Made by a program: the position numbers and the translations under genes. The notes under the pieces were generated by a model. The model was given only the letters and a program-made list of their open reading frames with translations, was not told the origin of the DNA and searched no databases. DNA of 62,973 nucleotides. It comes from Candidatus Micrarchaeota archaeon. GTDB lineage: Archaea > Micrarchaeota > Micrarchaeia > Micrarchaeales > CABMGC01. Location of the stretch: contig JAJZKP010000003.1 in assembly GCA_021804105.1 (NCBI GenBank), forward strand, positions 1 to 62,973, in the 5' to 3' direction. This document shows positions 9,435-19,963 of this stretch, piece after piece (the stretch's first letter is position 1; each line of letters starts with the position of its first letter).

Positions 9435-9989
9435 ATGTTATTAATGGTGAAAAAACCGAATTCTAAGAAGAAATTGTCTAGGTACTGGTCGGTAGCTGGC
9501 TATGCAATCCTGCCGGGGCTAGTCACTGCAGTAGTAGTTATGCTGCTTTACTGGCTTCTTTACGTCATAAATTCCAATTTCTTATATAGCGAGACTTCTT
9601 CAGTGCTTCTCTTTGCATCATTCGGCTCTAGCGCTTTCTTGATGTTCATGGCCCCGTACTCAAAGACCGCAAGGCCAAGCAAATTCGTCAAAAGCTACCT
9701 CCTTGCAACTGCAATGGGATCCGTAGGGTATGCTTTTATCGGGGCGGTATCGATATTTCTCGTGACAGGCATAATGATGTTCCTGCTCTCTGTGCTCCTT
9801 TTCATAACGCGCAGCGAACATCCGCCAGCCATAGGCATAATGCTTGCTTTCGTGTTCTATCGTGTTGACGTATACGGGATTCTAGTGGTGGTTTCCGGTG
9901 TTGCCTTCCTTTTGGCCATAAGGATGCTGCTATCAAAATATCTCTACCGTGCAGACTTTATGCTAGACAGAATGGCAGACATATTGTAG
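9435..9989 (+). CDS. HPP family membrane protein
   Basis: ASFGSSAFL...P and EHPPA motifs. Confidence 0.85.
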   Translation: MLLMVKKPNSKKKLSRYWSVAGYAILPGLVTAVVVMLLYWLLYVINSNFLYSETSSVLLFASFGSSAFLMFMAPYSKTARPSKFVKSYLLATAMGSVGYAFIGAVSIFLVTGIMMFLLSVLLFITRSEHPPAIGIMLAFVFYRVDVYGILVVVSGVAFLLAIRMLLSKYLYRADFMLDRMADIL

Positions 9990-10118
9990 CGGCATTCTTA
10001 TACGGCATCGCTTAGGCAGGATTATGGGCCTGCAAACGGTACTTATGCGAATGTTCGGTATATAGCTACTCTGGCTCGCAATTTGCAAAGGTTTAAGTAA
10101 ATTCATTCCAATCCTTAC

Positions 10119-11432
10119 TTGTTGCTTTATACTGTAGGTCTTGTTGTGTTTCTGTCACTGCTGCAGGTAATTTCAAGCTCCGCGATACTGGTAGTCATAG
10201 CCCTCATAATAATAATAGGCTATATAGCATCTGCAATATTCAGGCGTACCAGGGTGCCTGAACTCCTGATCCTGATGCTTATAGGCATCTTTCTTGTACA
10301 GATAGCAGATATTATACCGGTGAATTACCTTGGGGTGCTAAGGTCTCTCGCTCCCCTATTCAGCAGCCTCGCGCTTATAGTAATAATGTTCAATGGCAGC
10401 AAGGAGCTTAATGTGAGCGATCCTGCACTTAGGAACTGGAAAGGGATAGCGCTTGGATTCTTGGATGTCTTCATTTCCATAGTTGTCGTTGCCTCCTTTG
10501 TGCATTATGTACCATGGCTGCAATGGCCGTGGATATACGGCATAATACTTGGTACCATACTAGGGGAAACAACAAATATAGTGGTAATACCGTTCATCAG
10601 AAAGGTCAAATTGAGCAAGGAGATGTTTGGGGCCATGTTTACCGAGACTGCGCTGAACTCGCTTGTTGCCATAGTAGTGTTCTCCTTGCTGCTCCTGTTT
10701 GTAACACACCAGGTTGTTACTCCGATATCGTTCGCTTCTTACGTACTCGATTACCTCAGCTTTGCCATAGTAATGGGCCTTATCGCGAGCATAGCGTGGC
10801 TTTTCGTATCGAATGTGCTTACGATAGCCAGGGAGTATGTTGCTACGCTTGCAGTTGCCATACTCCTCTATGGCTTCGTTACCATATTCAATGGCGCTGC
10901 GATAATATCGGTCTTGATTTTCGGCGTGGTGATAGGAAATGAAGCCCTGTTCAGGGAGATGTATGATAAGTTGGTCATAAAGAAACAGAATAATAATGAG
11001 AACGAACAGGAAAAGGCTGACAGCAAGGATGATGCAAAGAAGTTAAAGAACAGCAACCCAGTTGGACTTATGGAAGTTCAGAAGGAACTTGAGTTCCTGA
11101 TAAGCACTTTCTTCTTCGTCTTTATGGGCATGATAACGATATTGTCGGAGCAGTTCCTCATTTATGGCCTGGCGATAGCGGCTCTTCTCATAATCTCGAG
11201 ATATGTGGAGGTGCGTACAGTGCTCTTCAAGAATTCGCCCGAGGACAGGCGACTGGCTTTTTCGCTTCTGCCAAGAGGCCTGACTGTTGCTACATTGGCA
11301 ACCATAGTATACGGGATGGGGGGCACTTACTTCATGCAGACCTTCTACATTTCCTTCATGGTCATAGTTGTGACGGCAATAGTCTCAAGCCTTATGCTAA
11401 ACAGAGTACAGGTAGAAGTAAAGCCGCAATAG
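10119..11432 (+). CDS. Cation:proton antiporter (CPA1/NhaP-like)
   Basis: Multi-TM; TETALNS, FFFVFMG, LLPRGL motifs. Confidence 0.85.
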   Translation: MLLYTVGLVVFLSLLQVISSSAILVVIALIIIIGYIASAIFRRTRVPELLILMLIGIFLVQIADIIPVNYLGVLRSLAPLFSSLALIVIMFNGSKELNVSDPALRNWKGIALGFLDVFISIVVVASFVHYVPWLQWPWIYGIILGTILGETTNIVVIPFIRKVKLSKEMFGAMFTETALNSLVAIVVFSLLLLFVTHQVVTPISFASYVLDYLSFAIVMGLIASIAWLFVSNVLTIAREYVATLAVAILLYGFVTIFNGAAIISVLIFGVVIGNEALFREMYDKLVIKKQNNNENEQEKADSKDDAKKLKNSNPVGLMEVQKELEFLISTFFFVFMGMITILSEQFLIYGLAIAALLIISRYVEVRTVLFKNSPEDRRLAFSLLPRGLTVATLATIVYGMGGTYFMQTFYISFMVIVVTAIVSSLMLNRVQVEVKPQ

Positions 11433-11449
11433 TGCCTGCGCTCAGACTG

Positions 11450-11893
11450 TTACTTGATCTTCCGGTTTCTAATGTTGCGCAGCAACAGAGCGTTCATTAT
11501 CTTGTCGTAGTGCGAGAATAGGAATATTGCGGCAAATACGATTACCGAGAGCACTACTATTGCGGTTAGAACATAATCGAGCAGGTATATCGCGTCGACA
11601 GTGTAGACCACCCTTCCGTAATTTATTGATATAAGCGTGATTATTGATATGCATATGTCTACGAAAAGCGAGGCGAAGGCTATCTTCTCTAACGCGCGTT
11701 TAAGCCGGGCCGTTCTCTCGACTCGATGCATGTTTGTATCCTTTCCCAATTCCGTGGGGGAGTTCTCTACAGCATATGTGTTCACGCCGTTTTCATTTCC
11801 AACGCCGGGCCCGCTCCCGCTCTCCTTCGTGTAGGCTCCCGTCGACTTTTCGGGCTGCGTAGCGCCTGATTCTTCTAAGTGAGGCTTGTCCAT
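11450..11893 (-). CDS. Hypothetical 2-TM membrane protein
   Basis: Polar N-terminus followed by two hydrophobic helices. Confidence 0.6.
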   Translation of the reverse strand: MDKPHLEESGATQPEKSTGAYTKESGSGPGVGNENGVNTYAVENSPTELGKDTNMHRVERTARLKRALEKIAFASLFVDICISIITLISINYGRVVYTVDAIYLLDYVLTAIVVLSVIVFAAIFLFSHYDKIMNALLLRNIRNRKIK

Positions 11894-12035
11894 AGAATAG
11901 CATATCTCATTTCTATAACTTATTTATTGTTTTGCCCTGTATCGGTGAGCATCCGTCAAAGCACATAGTTATTTATTCGATCATGCCTAGATTAAGAGCA
12001 ATAAGTTAGAGGGATATGCAAGAGGGGGAGTGTGA

Positions 12036-14222
12036 GTGAAGTACATCATAGTATCGAACAGATTGCCACTCTCTTTTATTAAGGGAGATGATGGGAAAGT
12101 AGCTGCAAGGGAAGGGGCCGGAGGGCTTGTAACCGGGGTTCGTTCTTATCTTAATGCAAAGGGCATTGAGGATTACGTATGGATAGGCTGGCCCGGGAGT
12201 ACGGTAAAGAAAGATGACGAGGACCAGGTAAGGCGACTTGCGAAGGAGAATAAGAGCATACCTGTGTTCCTGGACGAAGAGACATATAACAGGTTCTATA
12301 ATGGGTTCTGCAACAGGACATTGTATCCGCTCTTTCATTATTTCCCACAGTTTGTAGACTACGATGACAAGAATTGGGAGACTTATAAGAAGGTGAATGA
12401 GATGTTCAGGGATGCCGTGATGGAAGTGGCAGAGCCTGGAGACATAATATGGGTGCACGATTACCATCTGATGCTCCTGCCTGCAATTCTCAAGTCAAGC
12501 GGGCCAGAATCAAGGATTGGATTCTTCCTGCACATACCTTTCCCTGCTTATGAGATCTTCAGGCTGTTGCCCAGCAGGTGGAGCAGGGACCTGCTTACGG
12601 GAACTCTTGGGGCTGACCTTATAGGATTCCATACATACGATTACATGCAGGACTTCCTTACGTGTGTATCAAGGCTTCTTGGATATGAGAGCAACCTCGG
12701 GTATATAGAGGGGCCTGATGCAGCGCTGAAACGGGTTGATACGTTTCCTATGGGCATAGACTATGGCAAATTCCAGAAGGTGGCAATATCCGAATCGGTA
12801 ATGAGGGAGCGGAAGAAACTGGAAGAAACGTTAGGGGGCAATCGCATTATATTCTCGATTGACAGGTTGGATTATACGAAAGGCATACTGAACAGGCTCA
12901 AAGGATACGAGCTATTCCTTGAGCGGAATCCTGGAATGCGCGGTAAGGCAAGGCTTGTCCTTGTAGTGGTCCCGTCAAGGGAAAACATCCCGGAATATGG
13001 AGACCTCAAGATAGCCATAGACGAGAAAGTAGGCAATATCAACGGGAAATTCGGCATGATTAACTGGACCCCGATAATCTACCAGTACAAGTTCATAGAC
13101 TTTGAGATGCTAGTAGCGCTGTTTGGCATGGCAGATGTAGCGCTGATAACTCCCCTAAGGGATGGGATGAACCTGGTTGCAAAGGAATATGTGGCAAGCA
13201 AAATAAGATCATCAGGAGTTCTTGTTCTGAGCGATATGGTAGGTGCTGCAAAAGAGCTGGGAGATGCGGTGATAATAAATCCTAATCACCCCAGTGAGAT
13301 CTGCAGCGCAATAGAGACTGCACTGAACATGCCTAAGGAAGAGCAGGAACAGAGAATCGCAGCAATGCAGGACAGGGTAAGATCTTATGATATAATGAGA
13401 TGGGGTAATGATTTTATCAAGGAATTGGATGACCTTAAAGAGATGCAGGATGTCTTCAATGCCAAGCTGCTTGGAAAGAGCGAAGGAAAGCTCCTTGAGG
13501 ACTACAGGAAGTCCAAACGGGCGCTCATACTCCTTGATTACGACGGAACGCTTGTCCAGTTCACTGATGAACCGAAAAAGGCCGCCCCTCCAAAGCAGGT
13601 AACAACACTGATTAAGGCGCTTTCTTTAGATCCCAAGAACCGCGTGGTGGTCATAAGCGGTCGGGATAAAGGCACGCTTGATAAGTGGTTTGAGGGATTG
13701 AACGTAGACCTAGTGGCAGAACACGGAGTACTGGTCCGTGAGCATGGATCTGAATGGCGTTTCCTTAGGCCGCTTACTGTCGAATGGAAATCGATGATAA
13801 TACCAATAATGAATGATTATGCCAACAGACTTCCAGGATCGCGTGTGGAGGAGAAGGATTTCTCAGTTGTGTGGCATTATCGGAAAGCCGAATCGGAATT
13901 CGCATCGCTGAGGGTAGCAGAGCTATTCGATAGCTTAAGCAAGCTCACGGCGAACGCCGACGTGCAGGTATACAAGGGCAACAAGATAATAGAGGTGAAG
14001 AATTCCGGAGTGAACAAAGGTACTGCAGCTTCATTTTTCATAGGAAAAGAGAATCCGGATTTCATACTCGCACTGGGAGACGATTACACTGACGAGGACA
14101 CCTTCAGGCTTCTCCCTAAAGACGCTTACTCGATAAGAGTTGGGATTACTCAGTCATATGCACGGTTCAATCTGCATAGCACTAAGGAAGCTTTGCAGCT
14201 TCTTGGCAAGCTAATTGAATGA
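12036..14222 (+). CDS. Bifunctional trehalose-6-phosphate synthase/phosphatase (GT20 + HAD)
   Basis: IVSNRLP, WVHDYHL, FFLHIPFP, DRLDYTKG, RDGMNLVAKEY; C-terminal LDYDGTL and GDDYTDED. Confidence 0.96.
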   Translation: MKYIIVSNRLPLSFIKGDDGKVAAREGAGGLVTGVRSYLNAKGIEDYVWIGWPGSTVKKDDEDQVRRLAKENKSIPVFLDEETYNRFYNGFCNRTLYPLFHYFPQFVDYDDKNWETYKKVNEMFRDAVMEVAEPGDIIWVHDYHLMLLPAILKSSGPESRIGFFLHIPFPAYEIFRLLPSRWSRDLLTGTLGADLIGFHTYDYMQDFLTCVSRLLGYESNLGYIEGPDAALKRVDTFPMGIDYGKFQKVAISESVMRERKKLEETLGGNRIIFSIDRLDYTKGILNRLKGYELFLERNPGMRGKARLVLVVVPSRENIPEYGDLKIAIDEKVGNINGKFGMINWTPIIYQYKFIDFEMLVALFGMADVALITPLRDGMNLVAKEYVASKIRSSGVLVLSDMVGAAKELGDAVIINPNHPSEICSAIETALNMPKEEQEQRIAAMQDRVRSYDIMRWGNDFIKELDDLKEMQDVFNAKLLGKSEGKLLEDYRKSKRALILLDYDGTLVQFTDEPKKAAPPKQVTTLIKALSLDPKNRVVVISGRDKGTLDKWFEGLNVDLVAEHGVLVREHGSEWRFLRPLTVEWKSMIIPIMNDYANRLPGSRVEEKDFSVVWHYRKAESEFASLRVAELFDSLSKLTANADVQVYKGNKIIEVKNSGVNKGTAASFFIGKENPDFILALGDDYTDEDTFRLLPKDAYSIRVGITQSYARFNLHSTKEALQLLGKLIE

Positions 14223-14275
14223 CAATGCTTGCCGGTTGACCATCAGTTCCAGTAGGATAAAGATACCGCTGCAAT

Positions 14276-15709
14276 TTAGACAGGGTTAGGCTTGAACCTC
14301 TCCTTTACCTCGGCCATTTCCCCGTTTATCAGCTTCTTCCATTCGGAGAATTCGCTTATACGCGGGTATTTTGAATATAGCTCGTTCATTCTTTTCATTT
14401 TCTGCACGGTAAAGAGCAGGTTCTTGAATGCGTTTATGTTGCCTATTCCGCTAAGCACCTTGTTGAATGTGCCTGCGATGCCTATCTTTGGTATCCTGCC
14501 ATAGCTTATATCCTCGGCTTCCTTCTTGGTCAGGAAATGGCTCATGCCGTAGTTGATCAGGTCGTTATTGAGTGATTGCAAGTATATCCTGAATGCCTCT
14601 AGCGCGGCAGTCTTGTTTCCGTACAGGTTGTTGTACTTAACGTTGTACTCCCATATCCTCTCCAAGCTCGTATCTTTTGCAGCGACAGCGTCTCCGGCAA
14701 CCTCCCCAGCCAGCACACCTGCAACCATTGCGGGGCCTATGCCGCCTGCGCTTATAGGGTTCGGCATTGCCATGCTGTCTCCTGCGCCCATATATCCTGG
14801 GAAGACCAGGCTATCGAACTGCCTCTTCACGGTAACGGACCAGTAGCCCTTGCCGTTTCCGTCTGCGGGATCGATTTCATAGCTCTTTATCTCAGGATTC
14901 CATTTTATATAACCGTCAATCAGTGAATGCAGTGTGTCTTTCTTTGCAAGCTTCTCATTCCTTATTTCAAGGCTCTTCTTCTCCACGCCAACTCCTACGT
15001 TTATCCTGCCGCCCGTCTTTGGGAACACCCACCCATAGCCTCCGGGCGCAAGTACCTGGTTGAGGTGTATCAGTGCATTCTTTGGGTCATAGTAATTGAT
15101 GTCGTTGCCATTGTGCTCGAATTTCATTATGTACCTTCCCGTAGATTCTATGTCATCAGTGCTTACCGTATTCTCGATGTACTCATTGGGGGGCAGCTTC
15201 CTCCGTAGCGTGCTTGCTATCCCAAGGGTGTCTATGACAAGTCTCGAGCTTATCTTTACCTGCTCGCCCTTCTCGTTCCTGCCATAAATTCCCACCACCT
15301 TATTGTTTTCTATTATCGGGCCTTCAACCTCGTAATGGGTCCTGTATTCGGCGCCAGCCCTGACCGCCATTTCTGCGAAGAATTTAGCAGCTTTTGGCCG
15401 GTCTAGGCTGAATCCCTCACCTTCAAACGGGAACTTGTTTTGCATGTCAGGGCTTAGCACCTGCACGCCGTCTACCCGCAGGTCAAGCACCGGGCTGCTG
15501 AGCTTTATGTTCAGCTCTTTCTCTATGAAGTCGATATGGCTCTTTGCAACGGCATCTCCACAGACCCAGCCCCAGTTAGTCTTCTTTCCTACCTGTGTGC
15601 TGTCATTCCTGTCGAGCATGAGCACCTTGGCGCCCTTCTGTGCCGCAGCGGTTGCTGCAAGGGCTCCGGCCATGCCTGCGCCTGCGACTATAATATCAAA
15701 TTCCTCCAA
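14276..15709 (-). CDS. Digeranylgeranylglycerophospholipid reductase (geranylgeranyl reductase family)
   Basis: GAGMAG, CGDAV, PGGYGWVFP, GD...NPISAGGI. Confidence 0.9.
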   Translation of the reverse strand: MEEFDIIVAGAGMAGALAATAAAQKGAKVLMLDRNDSTQVGKKTNWGWVCGDAVAKSHIDFIEKELNIKLSSPVLDLRVDGVQVLSPDMQNKFPFEGEGFSLDRPKAAKFFAEMAVRAGAEYRTHYEVEGPIIENNKVVGIYGRNEKGEQVKISSRLVIDTLGIASTLRRKLPPNEYIENTVSTDDIESTGRYIMKFEHNGNDINYYDPKNALIHLNQVLAPGGYGWVFPKTGGRINVGVGVEKKSLEIRNEKLAKKDTLHSLIDGYIKWNPEIKSYEIDPADGNGKGYWSVTVKRQFDSLVFPGYMGAGDSMAMPNPISAGGIGPAMVAGVLAGEVAGDAVAAKDTSLERIWEYNVKYNNLYGNKTAALEAFRIYLQSLNNDLINYGMSHFLTKKEAEDISYGRIPKIGIAGTFNKVLSGIGNINAFKNLLFTVQKMKRMNELYSKYPRISEFSEWKKLINGEMAEVKERFKPNPV

Positions 15710-15736
15710 GAGTTCACCTGATGCTTATTCCCCAGA

Positions 15737-15904
15737 TTATTTTATTACCACTATAGGTATGACACCTTCACTGAACTCCACTTCAGCCAAAGCCAGTGGG
15801 TCTGAGATGCCTTCCGGGATCTTTATCAGTGGCGGAGCGCCATATGCCAGCTGTAAAGCTCGGGCGCCTATTATTCTGGCTTTCTCATATCTTGTATATT
15901 CCAT
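15737..15904 (-). CDS. rpoK: DNA-directed RNA polymerase subunit K (Rpo6)
   Basis: [22 protein letters not shown] signature. Confidence 0.96.
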   Translation of the reverse strand: MEYTRYEKARIIGARALQLAYGAPPLIKIPEGISDPLALAEVEFSEGVIPIVVIK

Positions 15905-16044
15905 CAAAACACGAAGCGAGACTATCCTTAAGCGATAGGTCAATACACTTATGCGAGCATAAGATTTTAAGCCTTTCGCGAATCCTTTTTTGGGCTCCGG
16001 CCAAGTAACTATGCTATATAAGGCATGAGTGCTATAGTATTAGC

Positions 16045-16914
16045 ATGTCAATAACAGGCATATTCGGAGAGAGCTTTGACACCATATGGAAATACCCCAA
16101 GGCAATACTCCCATACCTTGTTATGGAGCTGGTAATCTCTCTGCTCGTAATAATTGCTGTTTTCGAGCTTGCCGGTACGGCAGTGGCCACAGGGATAATC
16201 TCAGCGGGCTTCTGGGCCCTCATAATAGGCATTATAGTAATGTCATTCGTCATAGGCATGTTCATAACGCCCCTGTTTTATGGCGTATATACAAACATAG
16301 AAGTGCAGAAACTTAAGAGGAAGAGACTCTCTCTGCGCTCAGCATACGACGCTACAAAGACAAGATATGGCACACTTTTCTGGGCCGGACTCGCCAACCT
16401 TGCGATATATCTGGCAATTATTATAGTATTCGCAGGCCTGCTGTTAGGATATATAGGGGCAAACGGTACGGTGCTGGCTGCGCTTGGCTCAGTGCATACG
16501 GGAGCCGTGCACACTTCAGTACTGAGACCTCTGGTCGCGTTAGCCGGCTTCTTATTGCTCTGGGCAGTACTGCTTGTTCTCTGTACTGGCATTGCTGCCA
16601 TATTCCTTTTCCAGTATGTGCCGATTGTAATATTGGAGAAGCGTGGCGCGTTGGACTCCATAAAGAGAAGTTTCGAGGTAGGCAGGAAGAACTTCTGGAG
16701 CATACTGGGAGTGCTTGTGATATACATGATAATTGTACTGCTTGTCTACTTCGTTGTGGGGATAATAAGCACGCCTTTCGACCTTGCAAGCAGGGCTGCA
16801 GGGAGCCTGGTCCAGATATTGATCTCGTCGATAGTCGGGAGCTTTGTCTACCCGTGGTATATTATGATCATGACCTCATTCTACAATAGCTATGTCAGGA
16901 AGATAGCCCAGTAG
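16045..16914 (+). CDS. Hypothetical multi-TM membrane protein
   Basis: About 6 TM helices; PIVILEKRGALDSIKRSF motif typical of DUF7847/GDPD membrane-domain-like proteins. Confidence 0.7.
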   Translation: MSITGIFGESFDTIWKYPKAILPYLVMELVISLLVIIAVFELAGTAVATGIISAGFWALIIGIIVMSFVIGMFITPLFYGVYTNIEVQKLKRKRLSLRSAYDATKTRYGTLFWAGLANLAIYLAIIIVFAGLLLGYIGANGTVLAALGSVHTGAVHTSVLRPLVALAGFLLLWAVLLVLCTGIAAIFLFQYVPIVILEKRGALDSIKRSFEVGRKNFWSILGVLVIYMIIVLLVYFVVGIISTPFDLASRAAGSLVQILISSIVGSFVYPWYIMIMTSFYNSYVRKIAQ

Positions 16915-18361
16915 GCCTTGATGCGCCTGCGCGGGACAGCTCGCGCACTATTGCGGGCTCCTCTTTTGCAAGGTCGCATCTCTCGCCCGGATCCTCGGTT
17001 GTATTGTAGAGCTCGTCCTTTCTGCCGTTCCTGTAGTGTATGAGCTTGTAATCGCCTTTGTAGATTGCAGTGGCAAATGTATTCTGCCTGAGCTTGGCCC
17101 TATAGATAGCGTCTGCACAGCTTGACCTTGACCTTAGGAGTTTAAGCAGATACGTGTCCCACACCTCGGTTATGCCTGTGTGATCTGAGAATACATACTG
17201 ATCCCTTCTCACCGAACCGTCGACCACTTCAGTCTTGCCGAATCCTATATCGAGTATGGTGTCGTGCAGCGCAGTTATGCTCACAGGTTCATGTATCCTC
17301 TCGCGGGTGTTGACCTGCCTGCCGTTCTCGAATTTCGCTGCTATGAGCGGCACCCTTACTATCTCATTGTATGGAAACATGTTATGGTACATCTGGCCGT
17401 GCTCAAGGAAGCCCTGGCCATGATCCCCGGCGAGTATCATTACAGCGTTGTCTAACAGCCCGTTCGTCTTCAGGTTCGCCAGCAGGTTTCCCAGCTGCCT
17501 GTCCAGGTATTCCATGCGCTTGTCCCTTGCCAGTCTTATCAGGCCAATGCTATCGTGAGGATCGAGGATGCCAGAGAGGTAGAGCCACTTGTCCTGCTCC
17601 ACGTAGTCATTAGAAACCATATTCGTAGGGTATCCCTCGTGTGCCTCCATATAGTTTATGAAGAGGAAATTGCCGCCGCTGGGTAGGCCCTTTGAGTAGT
17701 TGTGCACGAGCCTATTGGTGGGGCTTGCACCTTGGTCCAGGCTGTAGTACATCGATTCCTGTGCATATTCCCTGTTCAGCTTGTCCCTAAGGCGCAGGTA
17801 GAGCCTATCCAGGCTATTGCGGGGTATGAATCTGCTTACTAGATATGACAACTCGAGGATCCTGTTCCGGAAAAGATCGTTTCCGACCAGCCTGAGAGGC
17901 GCCTTTATCTTCATCTTCTTCATCTTCTGCGAGGCTATAGCCACGCTATCTGTATAAGAGAGATACGAGAACCCCTCAGCTATTCCAGTATATCTAGTCA
18001 CAAGGGGGTTGTTTGAGAAGAGCGCGGTGGTGTACCCGAGATAGTTGAGCTTCTTTGCCAGTGTCATCTCACCTGGTTTTATGAGTCTGGACTTTACCAG
18101 AAATGGATCGATGTGCTCGTCCGGATTCTTCATTTTGTCCTTCATCAGTTCCCTGATATGTGCCACCCTCTTTCCGGTGAAGAGGGAAACGTGTGAAGAT
18201 GCCGTGTACGTACCTGGAGATACGGCGTTCTCGTAGATGGCAGAGCGCAGGCTTAGCCTGTCGATGTTAGGCAAGTCAAGGTTGCTGCCATATGCGCCAA
18301 AATAGTCAGCGCGTGCAGTGTCAAGCATGATAAAGATTATGTTGGGCCGAGAGGAAGGCAT
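16895..18361 (-). CDS. Sulfatase-like / alkaline phosphatase superfamily hydrolase or transferase
   Basis: PNIIFIMLDTARAD, YTASSHVSLFTG, NYMEAH, GDHG, ELYN...DPGE. Confidence 0.88.
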   Translation of the reverse strand: MPSSRPNIIFIMLDTARADYFGAYGSNLDLPNIDRLSLRSAIYENAVSPGTYTASSHVSLFTGKRVAHIRELMKDKMKNPDEHIDPFLVKSRLIKPGEMTLAKKLNYLGYTTALFSNNPLVTRYTGIAEGFSYLSYTDSVAIASQKMKKMKIKAPLRLVGNDLFRNRILELSYLVSRFIPRNSLDRLYLRLRDKLNREYAQESMYYSLDQGASPTNRLVHNYSKGLPSGGNFLFINYMEAHEGYPTNMVSNDYVEQDKWLYLSGILDPHDSIGLIRLARDKRMEYLDRQLGNLLANLKTNGLLDNAVMILAGDHGQGFLEHGQMYHNMFPYNEIVRVPLIAAKFENGRQVNTRERIHEPVSITALHDTILDIGFGKTEVVDGSVRRDQYVFSDHTGITEVWDTYLLKLLRSRSSCADAIYRAKLRQNTFATAIYKGDYKLIHYRNGRKDELYNTTEDPGERCDLAKEEPAIVRELSRAGASRPTGLSS

Positions 18362-18455
18362 GCTCTATCCCTTGCGCCGGAACTATTAATAGCTTTCCGG
18401 GCATTTCGCTTTTCCTCAAATGCAGGTTTTCTTATTTCGCTTTCTGCATTTAACT

Positions 18456-19163
18456 TCAGCGGACAGGAGAGTAGTCCTTGTGCGACTCTTTCAGCAGGTG
18501 GAACTTGAGGAAGTTGGTCACATAGAACCAGAAATACTTCTTCATGCCCCATTTCTTCACGCGCCTTATGCTTGTCTGCACTATAGCATCGTTGCTAAAG
18601 ACCATCTTGCCCTGACGCTTAAGCCTATTCGAGAGCTCCCAGTCCTCGTATGATATCATAGAGTCTTTGAATCCGTGCACCTTCTCAAATGCGCTCTTCC
18701 TGACGGCAAAGTTAGAGCCAACGAAAGCCGGCCTTCTTAGCAGCATGCTGAACTTTACGAAGTATACGGAAACAAGCCTGTAGCCGCGCATGTATTTCCA
18801 GCCTGCCTTCTCAAACGGGTATATGGGCCCGGTGGCGGCAACAACGCCACTGTCCTCCATTATGTCCTTGTATGTTCTAAGCAGGTTCTTCGAAGGGACG
18901 GTATCTGCGTCAAGGAATACGAGTATGTCGCCCTTTGCTATCCTTGCTCCTGCATTTCTCGCCCTGCCCGCGCCTTGTTTCTTTAGGAGTATTACGCGGG
19001 CGCTGGCTTTGGCCAGTCCACGCGTGCGGTCTGTACTACCGCCATCTACCACAATTGTCTCAAAATTCCTGAATGTCTGTTTCCTTAATCCGCCAAGTGC
19101 ATTACCTATGTACTTTTCTTCATTCAGTGCCGGTATGATTACGCTTATTTCTACATCCATCAT
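18456..19163 (-). CDS. Glycosyltransferase family 2
   Basis: SVIIPALNEE, VDGGSTD, FLDAD, YEDWEL. Confidence 0.92.
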   Translation of the reverse strand: MMDVEISVIIPALNEEKYIGNALGGLRKQTFRNFETIVVDGGSTDRTRGLAKASARVILLKKQGAGRARNAGARIAKGDILVFLDADTVPSKNLLRTYKDIMEDSGVVAATGPIYPFEKAGWKYMRGYRLVSVYFVKFSMLLRRPAFVGSNFAVRKSAFEKVHGFKDSMISYEDWELSNRLKRQGKMVFSNDAIVQTSIRRVKKWGMKKYFWFYVTNFLKFHLLKESHKDYSPVR

Positions 19164-19199
19164 ATGAATAGCCAGAGTGGACTATAAAAAATAGACGTC

Positions 19200-19910
19200 T
19201 CAGCGCACAAGCTCGTAATCCGACCGGACCTTATGCGTAAAGTGGTATAGCATTGCGTTGCTCACATGCCAGGAGAAGTATTTTAAGGCGCCCCATTTCT
19301 TCACGCGGCGCACGCTTGTATATGCCACTGCATCATCAACGAACATGACATTGCCTATGCGGCCAAGCCTATGCGCCAGGTCCCAATCGTAGTATGTAGG
19401 GAGTTTCTCATCCATGCCGCCCACCTTGGCATACGCCTTTCTGGTAGTCATGAAATTGGATCCTATGATTGACGGCTTTCCCATTGCCCTTAGAAGCTTG
19501 ACTATGTATACAGAGACTATCTTGAATCCGACCCGTGTGCCCCACGTAGTCCTTTCCAGCGGCCTTATTGGGCCTGTGGCTGCGACAATGTCGTTCTTTC
19601 TAAATGCTTCGTCATAAGCGAAGAGCATTCCTTTTGAGACAGAAGTATCTGCGTCTATGAACATAAGGAGATCGCCCCTGGCCATCTTAGCTGCAGTGTT
19701 GAATGCGTATGTGGGGCCCTTTTTTGTGCATTCGCATATCCTAACGCCCTTGTATGCATGCCTTGCAATATCAACGGTGTTATCTGTGCTCATGCTGTCC
19801 GCTATTATAACCTCCATATCACTGAATTTTTGGTCCTTGAGGCTTTGCAGCGTCCTCCCTATATAGCGACCCTCGTTTAATGTTGGTATAATTACGCTTA
19901 TCCTTGTCAT
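19200..19910 (-). CDS. Glycosyltransferase family 2 (tandem paralogue)
   Basis: SVIIPTLNE, DSMSTD, FIDAD; shares VAATGPI and TSVRRVKKWG with its neighbour. Confidence 0.92.
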   Translation of the reverse strand: MTRISVIIPTLNEGRYIGRTLQSLKDQKFSDMEVIIADSMSTDNTVDIARHAYKGVRICECTKKGPTYAFNTAAKMARGDLLMFIDADTSVSKGMLFAYDEAFRKNDIVAATGPIRPLERTTWGTRVGFKIVSVYIVKLLRAMGKPSIIGSNFMTTRKAYAKVGGMDEKLPTYYDWDLAHRLGRIGNVMFVDDAVAYTSVRRVKKWGALKYFSWHVSNAMLYHFTHKVRSDYELVR

Positions 19911-19963
19911 TATGCCATCTTCAGGAATTGGTATAGATACCCTCCCAATAAAGGTATAAAAGG

